Below the pieces are notes generated by a model. The model saw only the letters and a program-made list of their open reading frames with translations, was not told the origin of the DNA and made no database searches. The position numbers and the translations under genes were made by a program. A stretch of 64,000 nt of DNA, from positions 27,817 through 91,816 of the IMG/VR virus record IMGVR_UViG_3300027706_000269. One strand, 5' to 3'. This DNA comes from a virus. This document shows, one piece after another, positions 37,901-46,633 of the stretch (position 1 is the stretch's first letter; the number at the start of each line of letters is the position of its first letter).

Positions 37901-38171
37901 GGTCGGCGTCCTGCTTGAGCTGGGCGAGCGTCGTGGGCTTCAGGCTTGTCGTGCGTGCCCGGTTGAGGGCCGTGAGCAGCCGTTCGGCGTTCTTGGCCGA
38001 GCGCAGCAGGTGCGCCGTTTCCATCAAGCCTTCGAGCTCATCGGCCGCGATCATCGCCACGGCTCCTCCCGAGCGACGGCGCACCACGATGACCTCGCGA
38101 TCGTCCACGGCGCGGTCCATCAGCGCCTTGAGCTGCTCGCGCGCCTGGCTGTAGGTGGTTTCGATGGTCAT
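37890..38171 (-). CDS. yefM: Phd/YefM antitoxin
   Basis: TTYSQAREQLKALMDRAVDD, ETAHLLRSAKNAERL. Confidence 0.93.
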   Translation of the reverse strand: MTIETTYSQAREQLKALMDRAVDDREVIVVRRRSGGAVAMIAADELEGLMETAHLLRSAKNAERLLTALNRARTTSLKPTTLAQLKQDADLEA

Positions 38172-38187
38172 GGCGGCACCTCTGGAA

Positions 38188-38208
38188 TTGGACAGAAGTA
38201 TTGTACAG
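38188..38208 (-). promoter_or_regulatory. yefM-yoeB -10 and operator
   Basis: TGTACA and TGTCCA cores 13 bp apart; TACAAT -10; overlaps the RBS of MTase 2. Confidence 0.65.
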
Positions 38209-38211
38209 GAA

Positions 38212-39483
38212 ATGAACGCCCACTGGCTGGCCGATCGCATCGAGCTCTGGCCGATCGACAAGCTGCTGCCCTACGTGCGCAATGCCCGCCAGCACTCGGA
38301 CGAGCAGATCGCCCAGATCGCGGCCTCCATCGCGGAGTTCGGCTTCGTCAATCCCATTCTCACCGGCGCCGACGGTGTGCTGGTCGCGGGCCATGGGCGG
38401 CTTGCCGCCGCGCGCAAGCTGGGCCTGCCCACAGTGCCGGTGGTCGTGCTCGATCACCTCACGCCGACCCAGCGCCGCGCCCTGGTGCTCGCGGACAACC
38501 GGCTCGCGGAACTCGCGACCTGGGACGATGCCCTGCTGCGCATCGAACTGGAGGCGCTGCAGGACGATGGCTTCGATCTCGATCTCACCGGATTCGACGC
38601 CGATGCACTGGCAGAACTGCTGGCCGATGAGGAACCACAGATCGAGGGCCGGACGGAGGACGATGCCATCCCGGAGATGCCGGAAGAGCCGGTGTCTCGG
38701 CCGGGCGACGTCTGGCGGCTCGGGCCGCACCGCCTGGTCTGCGGGGACGCGACCACCGCCGAGGCCTATGCGCGCCTGTTTCCGGACGGCGAGCGGGCGG
38801 ACATGGTGTTCACCGATCCGCCCTACAACGTGAACTACGCCAACAGCGCGAAGGACAAGCTGCGCGGCAAACACCGCCCCATCCTCAACGATGCGCTGGG
38901 CGAAGGCTTCTACGATTTCCTCTTTGATGCGCTGGCGCTGATCATGGCGCACACCCGAGGCGCGATCTACGTCGCCATGTCCTCCAGCGAACTGGACACG
39001 CTGCAAGCGGCCTTCCGCGCCGCCGGCGGGCACTGGTCGACCTTCATCATCTGGGCCAAGAACACCTTCACGCTGGGCCGCTCGGACTACCAGCGCCAGT
39101 ACGAGCCGATCCTCTACGGCTGGCCCGAAGGCGCGACGCGCCACTGGTGCGGCGACCGCGACCAGGGCGACGTCTGGCAGATCAAGAAGCCAGCGAAGAA
39201 CGATCTGCACCCGACCATGAAGCCGGTGGATCTGGTCGAGCGGGCCATCCGCAACTCCAGCCGCCCCGGCGACGTGGTGCTCGACCCCTTCGGCGGCTCG
39301 GGCACGACCTTGATCGCCGCTGAGAAGGCCGGGCGCGTGGCGCGGCTGATCGAGCTCGACCCGAAGTATGCGGACGTGATCGTGCGGCGCTGGCAGGACT
39401 GGACGGGCCAGCAAGCCACCCGCGAGGCGGATGGCCTGGCCTTCGATCAGGCGGCGAGCGACTCGTCGGCGATCGCGCAGTGA
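38212..39483 (+). CDS. ParB-N fused DNA methyltransferase 2 (DPPY, N6-adenine)
   Basis: YVRNARQH, AGHGRL, FTDPPYNV, HPTMKP, LDPFGGSGTT. Confidence 0.93.
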   Translation: MNAHWLADRIELWPIDKLLPYVRNARQHSDEQIAQIAASIAEFGFVNPILTGADGVLVAGHGRLAAARKLGLPTVPVVVLDHLTPTQRRALVLADNRLAELATWDDALLRIELEALQDDGFDLDLTGFDADALAELLADEEPQIEGRTEDDAIPEMPEEPVSRPGDVWRLGPHRLVCGDATTAEAYARLFPDGERADMVFTDPPYNVNYANSAKDKLRGKHRPILNDALGEGFYDFLFDALALIMAHTRGAIYVAMSSSELDTLQAAFRAAGGHWSTFIIWAKNTFTLGRSDYQRQYEPILYGWPEGATRHWCGDRDQGDVWQIKKPAKNDLHPTMKPVDLVERAIRNSSRPGDVVLDPFGGSGTTLIAAEKAGRVARLIELDPKYADVIVRRWQDWTGQQATREADGLAFDQAASDSSAIAQ

Positions 39484-39533
39484 ATCACGAACCCGGTCAG
39501 ATTGGGCAGCCCGCGCGGGATGTGCTGCCCCAT
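39447..39533 (-). pseudogene. C-terminal remnant of a conserved phage hypothetical gene
   Basis: MGQHIPRGLPNLTGFVIHCAIADESLAA*; resembles (from recall) the C-terminus of a gene usually at this position. Confidence 0.4.
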
Positions 39534-39539
39534 CGCGAC

Positions 39540-40127
39540 TCAGGCAAGCCGGTAGACGCGCTCGCCGCCCGGGGATCTCTCGGAGACGATCGTCAGGCCC
39601 AGTTTCTTCTTCAGCGCCCCGGCCAAGGTGCCGCGCACCGTGTGCGCCTGCCAGCCGGTGCTGTCCATGATCTGGCGGAGGGTGGCGCCTTCGGGACGCT
39701 GCAGCATCGCGATCACCTGCGCCTGCTTGCTGTGGGCGCGGGGGCGGCGCGGCTCGGCGCTGCGATGCGCATCCTGCGCCCAGGCCGATTCGGCGGCGTT
39801 CACCGCCGCCTCCAGGTCGGCCTCGTCGCGCGCCGTCTGCGCCTGCTCGGCCCGGGCGATCACCGCACCGAGTTTCGCAACGAAGGACTGGCGCGGGGCG
39901 GTGCGGGCACCCGGGCGCGGCACGCCCAAGGCCTCGTAGCCTGCGTCGGCAACGACCCAGACCTCGCCCTGGCGGGCGATCAGGGCGCGGTTGGCCAGGC
40001 CGTCGAGCACCTTGCGGCGGGCACCGCCTTGGATGTGCTCGGGGAACCAGTCGATTCGGCCGTCGCTGTGCTCGAGCGCATGGGCCAGGATCGCGTGCTG
40101 GGCGGGGGTCAGGGTGATGGTGCTCAT
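39540..40127 (-). CDS. DUF3489 winged-HTH protein
   Basis: SKQAQVIAMLQRPEGATL..TGWQAHTVRG..KKKLGL..RVYRL. Confidence 0.9.
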   Translation of the reverse strand: MSTITLTPAQHAILAHALEHSDGRIDWFPEHIQGGARRKVLDGLANRALIARQGEVWVVADAGYEALGVPRPGARTAPRQSFVAKLGAVIARAEQAQTARDEADLEAAVNAAESAWAQDAHRSAEPRRPRAHSKQAQVIAMLQRPEGATLRQIMDSTGWQAHTVRGTLAGALKKKLGLTIVSERSPGGERVYRLA

Positions 40128-40161
40128 GGTCTGCTCCTGGATAGGGATGGATCGGCGCGAG

Positions 40162-40407
40162 TCAGTCTTCCCAGAGGTGCTCGCCATCGAGGCTGATCCA
40201 CAGGCGCGCATCGCGCGCGGTGGCCATCTCGCGCACCGCCAAGCCGGTTTTGAGGTGGGTGCCGGTCTTGCCGGTGAAGTCGTAACGCTGGCCGTCGTGC
40301 ATCACGGTCGCTGGGCCTTGCTCGTCGAACTCGATTCGGATCAGGCGGGTGCCGAGGGCGTTTCCGTTGGTGTCGGTGACCTGGGGTTGGCGGATGCGCA
40401 GGGTCAT
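40162..40407 (-). CDS. Small hypothetical protein
   Basis: AAGGAGCAGACCATG RBS/start; preceded by motif copy 2. Confidence 0.75.
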   Translation of the reverse strand: MTLRIRQPQVTDTNGNALGTRLIRIEFDEQGPATVMHDGQRYDFTGKTGTHLKTGLAVREMATARDARLWISLDGEHLWED

Positions 40408-40443
40408 GGTCTGCTCCTTGGTGCGTGGTGATTGGGTGAGGTG

Positions 40444-40473
40444 ATGAACGCGCTGTTCGCGTGAGAAGCCAAG
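40444..40473 (-). promoter_or_regulatory. Conserved bipartite motif, copy 2
   Basis: CTTGGCTT-CTCACGCGAA-CAGCGCGTTCAT. Confidence 0.75.
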
Positions 40474-40500
40474 CGTTCTTGCTTGGCTTCGCATTGCTCG

Positions 40501-40767
40501 TCAGACCTTGCGCAACACCGAGATGCCGGCCTGCGCCAGTTCGAGCGCGGCGGCGTGGAAGGCCATCTCGCCGACCCAGGGCGCAGCCCTTGCGTCGTCA
40601 AACAAGCGGTCGATGACCGGCCGGGCCTTGGCGCGCATCGCGGCGCAGGCGGCTTCGAGCTCGTCGCGGCTGGCGGCGGCCACCTCCTTGCGGCAAGTGC
40701 GCACCAGCACGGTCAGGGCGGCCTCGGCGAGCTTGGTGGCGAGAAGGTCGGGGATGTGGGGGTTCAT
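40501..40767 (-). CDS. Small helical hypothetical protein
   Basis: AAAGGA RBS, MNPHIPDLL...; preceded by motif copy 3. Confidence 0.7.
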   Translation of the reverse strand: MNPHIPDLLATKLAEAALTVLVRTCRKEVAAASRDELEAACAAMRAKARPVIDRLFDDARAAPWVGEMAFHAAALELAQAGISVLRKV

Positions 40768-40804
40768 CGGGCGTCCTTTCGGTCGGGTGGTTCGGAGTGA
40801 CGTG

Positions 40805-40834
40805 ATGAACGCGCTTCTCGCCCGTGAAGCCAAG
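40805..40834 (-). promoter_or_regulatory. Conserved bipartite motif, copy 3
   Basis: CTTGGCTT-CACGGGCGAG-AAGCGCGTTCAT. Confidence 0.75.
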
Positions 40835-40887
40835 CGTTTTCTGCGGGTGTTGGCCAAGAACTGACGATGACTTGATCGAAGAGGGCC

Positions 40888-41418
40888 ATGGGCATCTCGA
40901 TTCGCGCCTACGCCCGCCACCGTGGGGTATCGGACACCGCCGTGCACAAGGCCATCCGCACCGGGCGCATCACGCCCGAGGCGGACGGCACCATCGACCC
41001 AGACCGGGCCGACCGCGACTGGACCCGGAACTCCGAGCCGCCGAAGGCGGGAACGGGCTCCCGGACCGTGAAGGTGCGGGTGGCGGAGGATCCGGCCCCC
41101 AACCTCGCCACCGGCCTGCCCGCTGGCGGCACCACGCTCGTGCAGGCGCGCACGGTCAACGAGGTGGTCAAGGCGCAGACCAACAAGGTGCGGCTGGCCC
41201 GCCTCAAGGGCGAACTGGTCGATCGCCACCAGGCCATCGCGCATGTGTTCAAGCTCGCCCGTACGGAGCGCGACGCTTGGCTCAACTGGCCGGCGCGGAT
41301 CTCGGCGCAGATGGCGGCCCGGCTCGGCGTGGAGGCTCACACCCTGCACGTGGCCCTGGATGCCGCCGTGCGCGAGCACCTCGCCGAGCTCGGGGAACTC
41401 AAGGTTCGGGTCGATTGA
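40888..41418 (+). CDS. Terminase small subunit (Nu1-like)
   Basis: N-terminal HTH (SIRAYARHRGVSDTAVHKAI), coiled coil, GELVD; coupled to the large subunit. Confidence 0.8.
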   Translation: MGISIRAYARHRGVSDTAVHKAIRTGRITPEADGTIDPDRADRDWTRNSEPPKAGTGSRTVKVRVAEDPAPNLATGLPAGGTTLVQARTVNEVVKAQTNKVRLARLKGELVDRHQAIAHVFKLARTERDAWLNWPARISAQMAARLGVEAHTLHVALDAAVREHLAELGELKVRVD

Positions 41419-43379
41419 TGGACGAGTTCGCCTATGAGGGCTGGGACGTCATCGAGCGCGCTTGGCGCGAGGGCCTCACGCCGGACCCGCTGCTCACCGT
41501 CTCCGAATGGGCCGACCGTCACCGGGTGCTGTCGAGCAAGGCCTCGAGCGAGCCGGGGCGCTGGCGCACCGCGCGCACGCCGTATCTGAAGGCGATCATG
41601 GACTGCCTGTCGCCGACCTCGCCCGTCGAGCGCGTGGTGTTCATGAAGGGCGCGCAGGTGGGCGCGACCGAGACCGGCTCGAACTGGATCGGCTACGTGA
41701 TCCACCACGCCCCCGGGCCGATGATGGCGGTGTGGCCCACCGTGGAGATGGCCAAGCGCAACTCCAAGCAGCGCATCGACCCGCTGATCGAGGAGTCGCC
41801 GGTGCTCTGCGAACTCATCGCCCCGGCGAGAAGCCGCGACTCGGGCAACACCGTGCTGATGAAGGAGTTTCGCGGCGGGGTGCTGGTGATGACCGGGGCC
41901 AACTCGGCCGTGGGCCTGCGCTCGATGCCGGTGCGCTACCTGTTCCTCGACGAGGTGGACGCCTACCCGCTGGACGTGGATGGCGAGGGCGATGCGATCA
42001 TTCTCTCCGAAGCCCGCACCCGGACGTTTGCCCGACGCAAGATCCTGCTGGTCTCCACCCCCACCATCGCCGGGGCCTCGATCATCGAGCGCGAGTACGA
42101 GGCGAGCGATCAGCGCCGCTACTTCGTGCCCTGCCCGCATTGCGCGCACCGGCAGTGGCTGCGCTTCGAGCAGCTGCGTTGGGAGCCGGGGCGGCCGCAA
42201 GACGCGGCCTACGTGTGCGAGGCCTGCGAGGAGCCCATCGCCGAGCACCACAAGCCGCGCATGCTCGAACTCGGCCAGTGGCAGGCGCAGGCCGAGAGCC
42301 GCACCGCGGGCTTCCACCTGTCCTCGCTCTACAGCCCCTGGCGCCGCTGGCGCGAGATCGCGGAGTCCTGGGAGAAGGCCACCCGCGCCGAAGGCCGGTC
42401 GGTGGCGATGATCAAGACCTTCAAGAACAACGAGCTCGGCGAGACCTGGGTCGAGGAGGGCGAGGCGCCGGACTGGCAGCGCCTGCTGGAGCGGCGCGAG
42501 GATTACCCGATCGGCACCGTCCCCGCCGGAGGGCTCTTGCTCACCGCCGGCGCCGACGTGCAGAAGGACCGCGTCGAGGTGTCGGTGTGGGCCTTCGGGC
42601 GCGGCAAGGAGTGTTGGCTCGTCGAGCACCGGGTGCTGATGGGGGACACGGCGCGCGAAGCGGTCTGGCAGCGGCTGGCCGACCTGCTCGCCGAGACCTG
42701 GACGCACGAGAGCGGCGCGCAGCTGCCGCTGGCCCGCCTGGCGGTGGACACGGGCTTTGCGACGCAGGAGGCCTACGCCTTCGTGCGCCGGGTGCGCGAC
42801 GGCCGGGTGATGGCGGTCAAGGGCGCGCCCAAAGGGGTGGCGCTGATCGGCACCCCCACCGCGGTCGACGTGACCCAGGGCGGCAAGCGGCTGCGCCGGG
42901 GCGTGAAAGTGTTCTCGGTGGCGGTGGGCATCGCCAAGCGCGAGCTCTACGACCACCTGCGCCTCGCCCCCGAGGTGGCCGAGGACGGCGTGAGGCCGGC
43001 CTACCCTGCCGGCTACGTGCACCTGCCGAAGATCGACGCCGAGTTCCTGCAGCAACTGTGCGCCGAGCAGCTCGTCACCCGGCGTAATCGCCACGGCTTT
43101 GCGGTGCGCGAGTGGCAGAAGATGCGCGAGCGCAACGAGGCCCTCGACTGCTACGTCTACGCCCGCGCCGCGGCCAGTGCCGCGGGGCTGGATCGTTTCG
43201 AGGAACGCCACTGGCGCGAACTGGAGCGGCAACTGGGGCTGCCGCCGCCCGGCGAATCCATGCCGTCGAACGAAATGCCCATCGAACGACCTCCCGAGGC
43301 CACCCATCGCGGTGGCCTCGAGGTTTCTGCAACCCGCCACCCCGGCCGGCGTGTCATCCGCAGCCCCTGGCTGCGCTGA
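41418..43379 (+). CDS. Terminase large subunit (lambda GpA family)
   Basis: MKGAQVGATE, LFLDEVDAYP, VSTPT, CPHC/CEAC, GADVQKDR, RNEALDC. Confidence 0.95.
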   Translation: MDEFAYEGWDVIERAWREGLTPDPLLTVSEWADRHRVLSSKASSEPGRWRTARTPYLKAIMDCLSPTSPVERVVFMKGAQVGATETGSNWIGYVIHHAPGPMMAVWPTVEMAKRNSKQRIDPLIEESPVLCELIAPARSRDSGNTVLMKEFRGGVLVMTGANSAVGLRSMPVRYLFLDEVDAYPLDVDGEGDAIILSEARTRTFARRKILLVSTPTIAGASIIEREYEASDQRRYFVPCPHCAHRQWLRFEQLRWEPGRPQDAAYVCEACEEPIAEHHKPRMLELGQWQAQAESRTAGFHLSSLYSPWRRWREIAESWEKATRAEGRSVAMIKTFKNNELGETWVEEGEAPDWQRLLERREDYPIGTVPAGGLLLTAGADVQKDRVEVSVWAFGRGKECWLVEHRVLMGDTAREAVWQRLADLLAETWTHESGAQLPLARLAVDTGFATQEAYAFVRRVRDGRVMAVKGAPKGVALIGTPTAVDVTQGGKRLRRGVKVFSVAVGIAKRELYDHLRLAPEVAEDGVRPAYPAGYVHLPKIDAEFLQQLCAEQLVTRRNRHGFAVREWQKMRERNEALDCYVYARAAASAAGLDRFEERHWRELERQLGLPPPGESMPSNEMPIERPPEATHRGGLEVSATRHPGRRVIRSPWLR

Positions 43380-43415
43380 TCCCCGCCGGCCGTCCCGAAC
43401 CCCGAAGGAGAACCC

Positions 43416-43907
43416 ATGTCCCTGGCCACCCGCATCGAGAGCCTCGTCATCCGCGTCGCGCAGGAGTTCAACGACGTCCGCGCGAAGGCCGGGAATCTCG
43501 CCAACCTCACCACCACCGACAAGTCCAGCCTGGTGGCGGCCATCAACGAGCTGAAGGCCGCGGTGGTGGCCTCGGGTGCGATCGACGACACCCAGGTCGC
43601 CACCACCAGCACCTACTCGTCGAGCAAGATCGTCACGCTGCTCGACACGCTCAAGGCCGAGATCCTGGGCGGGGCCGATGCCGCCTACGACACGTTGCTG
43701 GAGATCCAGCAGCTGCTGCAGGATGGCACCAGCGGCCTGGATGCCTTGCTCACTGCGGTCAACCACCGCGTGCGCTTCGACGCGGCGCAGTCCCTGACGG
43801 CTGCCGAGCAGGCCCAGGCGCGCAGCAACATCGGCGCCGTGGCCGCCGCCGAGGTGGGCGACACCGACACCGACTTCGTCGCGATCTTCGAAGGGGCCCT
43901 GGTCTGA
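43416..43907 (+). CDS. Virion fibre-like protein
   Basis: LTTTDKSSLVAAINEL, YDTLLEI, QAQARSNIGA. Confidence 0.7.
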   Translation: MSLATRIESLVIRVAQEFNDVRAKAGNLANLTTTDKSSLVAAINELKAAVVASGAIDDTQVATTSTYSSSKIVTLLDTLKAEILGGADAAYDTLLEIQQLLQDGTSGLDALLTAVNHRVRFDAAQSLTAAEQAQARSNIGAVAAAEVGDTDTDFVAIFEGALV

Positions 43908-44299
43908 TGAGCCTGGCCTTGCGCCTTGCCGCCCTGGCCAGCCGCATCGGCCTGGAGGTCAAGACCAAGATCGATGTCAGCCATCCGGGGCTGGCCCGTG
44001 CCTGGGTGTGCTTTGGCCATGTCGGCAACCAGATCGTCGTGCGGGCCGCGCACAACGTCGCCTCGGTCACGCGGCTCGCCCCAGGCCGCTACCGCGTGAG
44101 CTTCGCCAGCCCGCTGCCGGACGCGAACTACTGCTGGGTGGGCGTCGCACGCAGCAACACCAACACGGGCACGCAGCGGCTGCTGATCGTGCGCTCGACC
44201 GCCGACGAGAAAACGCCGACGCACGTCGATGTGGGCTGCGCGACCACCGCCGCGTCCTTCGCCGACTCCCCCGAGATCGACCTCGTGGTCTACCGCTGA
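43907..44299 (+). CDS. Virion beta-rich fibre-tip-like protein
   Basis: ARAWVCF, HNVASVTRLAPGRYRVSF..PDANY; TGATG-coupled. Confidence 0.65.
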   Translation: MSLALRLAALASRIGLEVKTKIDVSHPGLARAWVCFGHVGNQIVVRAAHNVASVTRLAPGRYRVSFASPLPDANYCWVGVARSNTNTGTQRLLIVRSTADEKTPTHVDVGCATTAASFADSPEIDLVVYR

Positions 44300-44520
44300 T
44301 GGCCTACACCCAAGCCGACCTCGAGGCCCTGCAAGCCGCACTCGCCAAGGGCGAGAAGCGCGTGAGCTTCGGCGACAAGACGGTCGAGTACCGCAGCGTG
44401 GAGGAACTGCAAGCTGCTATTCGCCAGGTGAAACGCGACCTCTTCGAGCAGGCCGTGGCCACGGGGCTGTGGCCCGGCGCGCCGCGGCAGATCCGCCTTC
44501 ACACGACCAAGGGGACGTGA
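44299..44520 (+). CDS. Head-to-tail joining protein (gpW-like)
   Basis: LAKGEKRVSFGDKTVEYRSVEEL; before the portal. Confidence 0.85.
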   Translation: MAYTQADLEALQAALAKGEKRVSFGDKTVEYRSVEELQAAIRQVKRDLFEQAVATGLWPGAPRQIRLHTTKGT

Positions 44521-46061
44521 TGGGTTGGCGCACCTCACAAACGCCAGCAAGCTGGCTCAGCACCCTCAAGCGCCGGCTGCTCGGCACCAGCCCCACCTAC
44601 GACGGCGTGGGCGGCGGCCGCAGGGCCGTGGCCTGGCAGGTGGGCAACCCCGGGGCGGTCGCGGCGCTGGCTTTCACGCAGAACGAACTGCGCGCCAAGA
44701 GCCGCGATCTCGCCCGGCGCAACGCCTGGGCGGCCGCGGGCATCGAGGCGTTCGTGGCGAATGCCATCGGCACCGGCATCAAGCCGCAGAGCATGGTGCA
44801 GGACCCGGCCGTGCGCGAGGCCATCCACGCGTTATGGTGGGACTGGGTGGAGGAGGCCGACGCCGCAGGACTCACCGACTTCTACGGCCTGCAGGCGCTC
44901 GCCTGCCGCGCGATGCTCGAAGGCGGCGAGGCGCTGGTGCGCCTGCGCTGGCGCCGTCTCGAGGACGGTCTGCCGGTGGGCCTGCAGCTGCAGGTGCTCG
45001 AGCCGGAACACCTGCCGACGACGCTCGACCGCGACCTGCCCTCGGGCCACGTCATCCGCGCCGGCATCGAGTTCGACCGGCTCGGGCGGCGCGTGGCCTA
45101 TCACCTGACCCGCTCGCATCCGGGCGACGGGAGCCTGGCGCCGATGTCGGGCACGGGCGCCTCCGCGGGAGGTCTCGACACCGTGCGCGTGGGTGCCTCC
45201 GAGGTCATCCACCTGTTCCGCCCGCTGCGCCCGGGGCAGATCCGCGGCGAGCCGTGGCTTGCGCGGGCGCTGGTGAAGCTGCACGAGCTCGACCAGTACG
45301 ACGACGCGGAACTGGTGCGCAAGAAGACCGCGGCGATGTTCGCCGGCTTCATCACGCGGCTCGCCCCCGAGGACACCCTGATGGGCGAAGGGCTGCCGGA
45401 CGCGCAGGGCGCGGCGCTCGCCGGACTGGAACCCGGCACGTTGCAGATCCTGGAGCCGGGCGAGGACATCAAGTTCTCGGCGCCGGCCGACGTGGGCGCG
45501 AGCTACGGCGAGTTCATGCGCCAGCAGTTCCGGGCCGTGGCCGCCGCCATGGGCATCACCTACGAGATGCTCACCGGTGATCTCACCCAGGTGAACTACT
45601 CCAGCATCCGCGCGGGGCTGCTGGAGTTCCGCCGCCGTTGCGAGGCCATCCAGCACGGGGTGATCGTGCACCAGCTGTGCCGCCCGGTGTGGCGGGCCTG
45701 GATGGAGCAGGCCGTGCTCGAAGGGGCGCTGAGCCTGCCCGGCTACGCCCGCCGCCGGCGCGCGTACCAGGCCGCCAAGTGGATCCCGCAGGGCTGGCAG
45801 TGGGTCGATCCCTTGAAGGAGTTCAACGCGCTCAAGCTCGCGATCCGCGCAGGGCTGATGAGCCGCTCGGAGGCGATCTCGGCCTACGGCTACGACGCCG
45901 AGGACATCGACCGCGAGATCGCGGCGGACAACGCCCGCGCCGATGAACTGGGGCTGGTCTTCGACTCGGATCCGCGGCACGACCAGACACCGGCTGCCGC
46001 GCCTCAATCACCGCAGAAGGATGGTTCAGATGCTGATGCCGTAGAGCCTACGAGCGCTTGA
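44520..46061 (+). CDS. Portal protein, lambda family
   Basis: LRAKSRDLARRN, RPGQIRGEPW, VNYSSIRAGL, WVDPLKE. Confidence 0.95.
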   Translation: MGWRTSQTPASWLSTLKRRLLGTSPTYDGVGGGRRAVAWQVGNPGAVAALAFTQNELRAKSRDLARRNAWAAAGIEAFVANAIGTGIKPQSMVQDPAVREAIHALWWDWVEEADAAGLTDFYGLQALACRAMLEGGEALVRLRWRRLEDGLPVGLQLQVLEPEHLPTTLDRDLPSGHVIRAGIEFDRLGRRVAYHLTRSHPGDGSLAPMSGTGASAGGLDTVRVGASEVIHLFRPLRPGQIRGEPWLARALVKLHELDQYDDAELVRKKTAAMFAGFITRLAPEDTLMGEGLPDAQGAALAGLEPGTLQILEPGEDIKFSAPADVGASYGEFMRQQFRAVAAAMGITYEMLTGDLTQVNYSSIRAGLLEFRRRCEAIQHGVIVHQLCRPVWRAWMEQAVLEGALSLPGYARRRRAYQAAKWIPQGWQWVDPLKEFNALKLAIRAGLMSRSEAISAYGYDAEDIDREIAADNARADELGLVFDSDPRHDQTPAAAPQSPQKDGSDADAVEPTSA

Positions 46062-46329
46062 GGTCGCGATAGAAGTTCTCGTGCGGGCCAACCGCTTCGA
46101 GATAGATCAAGCGGACTTCGTGATCGACGGTATAGCCCAGCAGGTAGAGCTGATTCTGGCTGCGGAACTTGTAGACGAACAGATCGGCGAGATCACCCTT
46201 CTTGCGTTCCCCGACGTTCGGGTCGGCCGCGATGACTTCGGTGGCGGCATCGACATCGGCCGCGACGTTGTCATGCAGCTTCTTGTAGGCCCGGGCAAAC
46301 CGACGGGTTTGCTTGAGACCGTAGCTCAT
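46048..46329 (-). CDS. RelE/ParE-family toxin
   Basis: QTRRFARAYKKL, GERKKGDL, VYKF, GPHENFYRDLKR. Confidence 0.9.
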   Translation of the reverse strand: MSYGLKQTRRFARAYKKLHDNVAADVDAATEVIAADPNVGERKKGDLADLFVYKFRSQNQLYLLGYTVDHEVRLIYLEAVGPHENFYRDLKRS

Positions 46330-46562
46330 GCCTTGCGGCGGGACCGGGGCACGAAGAGGGTCGCGTCCTCACGCGGCTCGGCCATCGACGCCAGCGATTC
46401 GGCGATGAAGCCGACCGGCAGATCGGGGTTGTCCAGCGCGGCCCGGCCGACCTTGGCCCAGTACTCGACTTGGCCGGCGATGGTTCGATGCTCGGCCAGC
46501 GCCTCGGCGCGCGCTTGTTCGTAAAGCTTTTGGTCGATGCGGATGGAAATCGACGTCGTCAT
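46326..46562 (-). CDS. ParD-like RHH antitoxin
   Basis: SIRID..RTIAGQVEYWAKVGRAALDNPDLP. Confidence 0.88.
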   Translation of the reverse strand: MTTSISIRIDQKLYEQARAEALAEHRTIAGQVEYWAKVGRAALDNPDLPVGFIAESLASMAEPREDATLFVPRSRRKA

Positions 46563-46588
46563 GGCGTCACCTGGGTAGGCCCTGCAAC

Positions 46589-46620
46589 GAATTTACCACA
46601 ATTGTAGTAGCGTCTCGCAA
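46589..46620 (-). promoter_or_regulatory. TA promoter/operator
   Basis: Near-palindrome TACCACAATTGTAGTA; minus-strand TTGCGA ... TGnTAAATT extended -10. Confidence 0.55.
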
Positions 46621-46633
46621 GGCGTTCAATCCC

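Noticed and set aside
40444-40460. GAAC-N5-GTTC in the motif as a LexA box
   Set aside because: Spacing fits neither GAAC-N4-GTTC nor GTTC-N7-GTTC, only two of four copies have it, and beta/gammaproteobacterial boxes are CTGT-N8-ACAG
43295-43321. Hairpin near the 3' end of the terminase gene as another copy of the palindromic element
   Set aside because: Simple GAGGCCACC/GGTGGCCTC stem with no sequence similarity to 50249-50323; more likely a terminator-like or mRNA-stability hairpin
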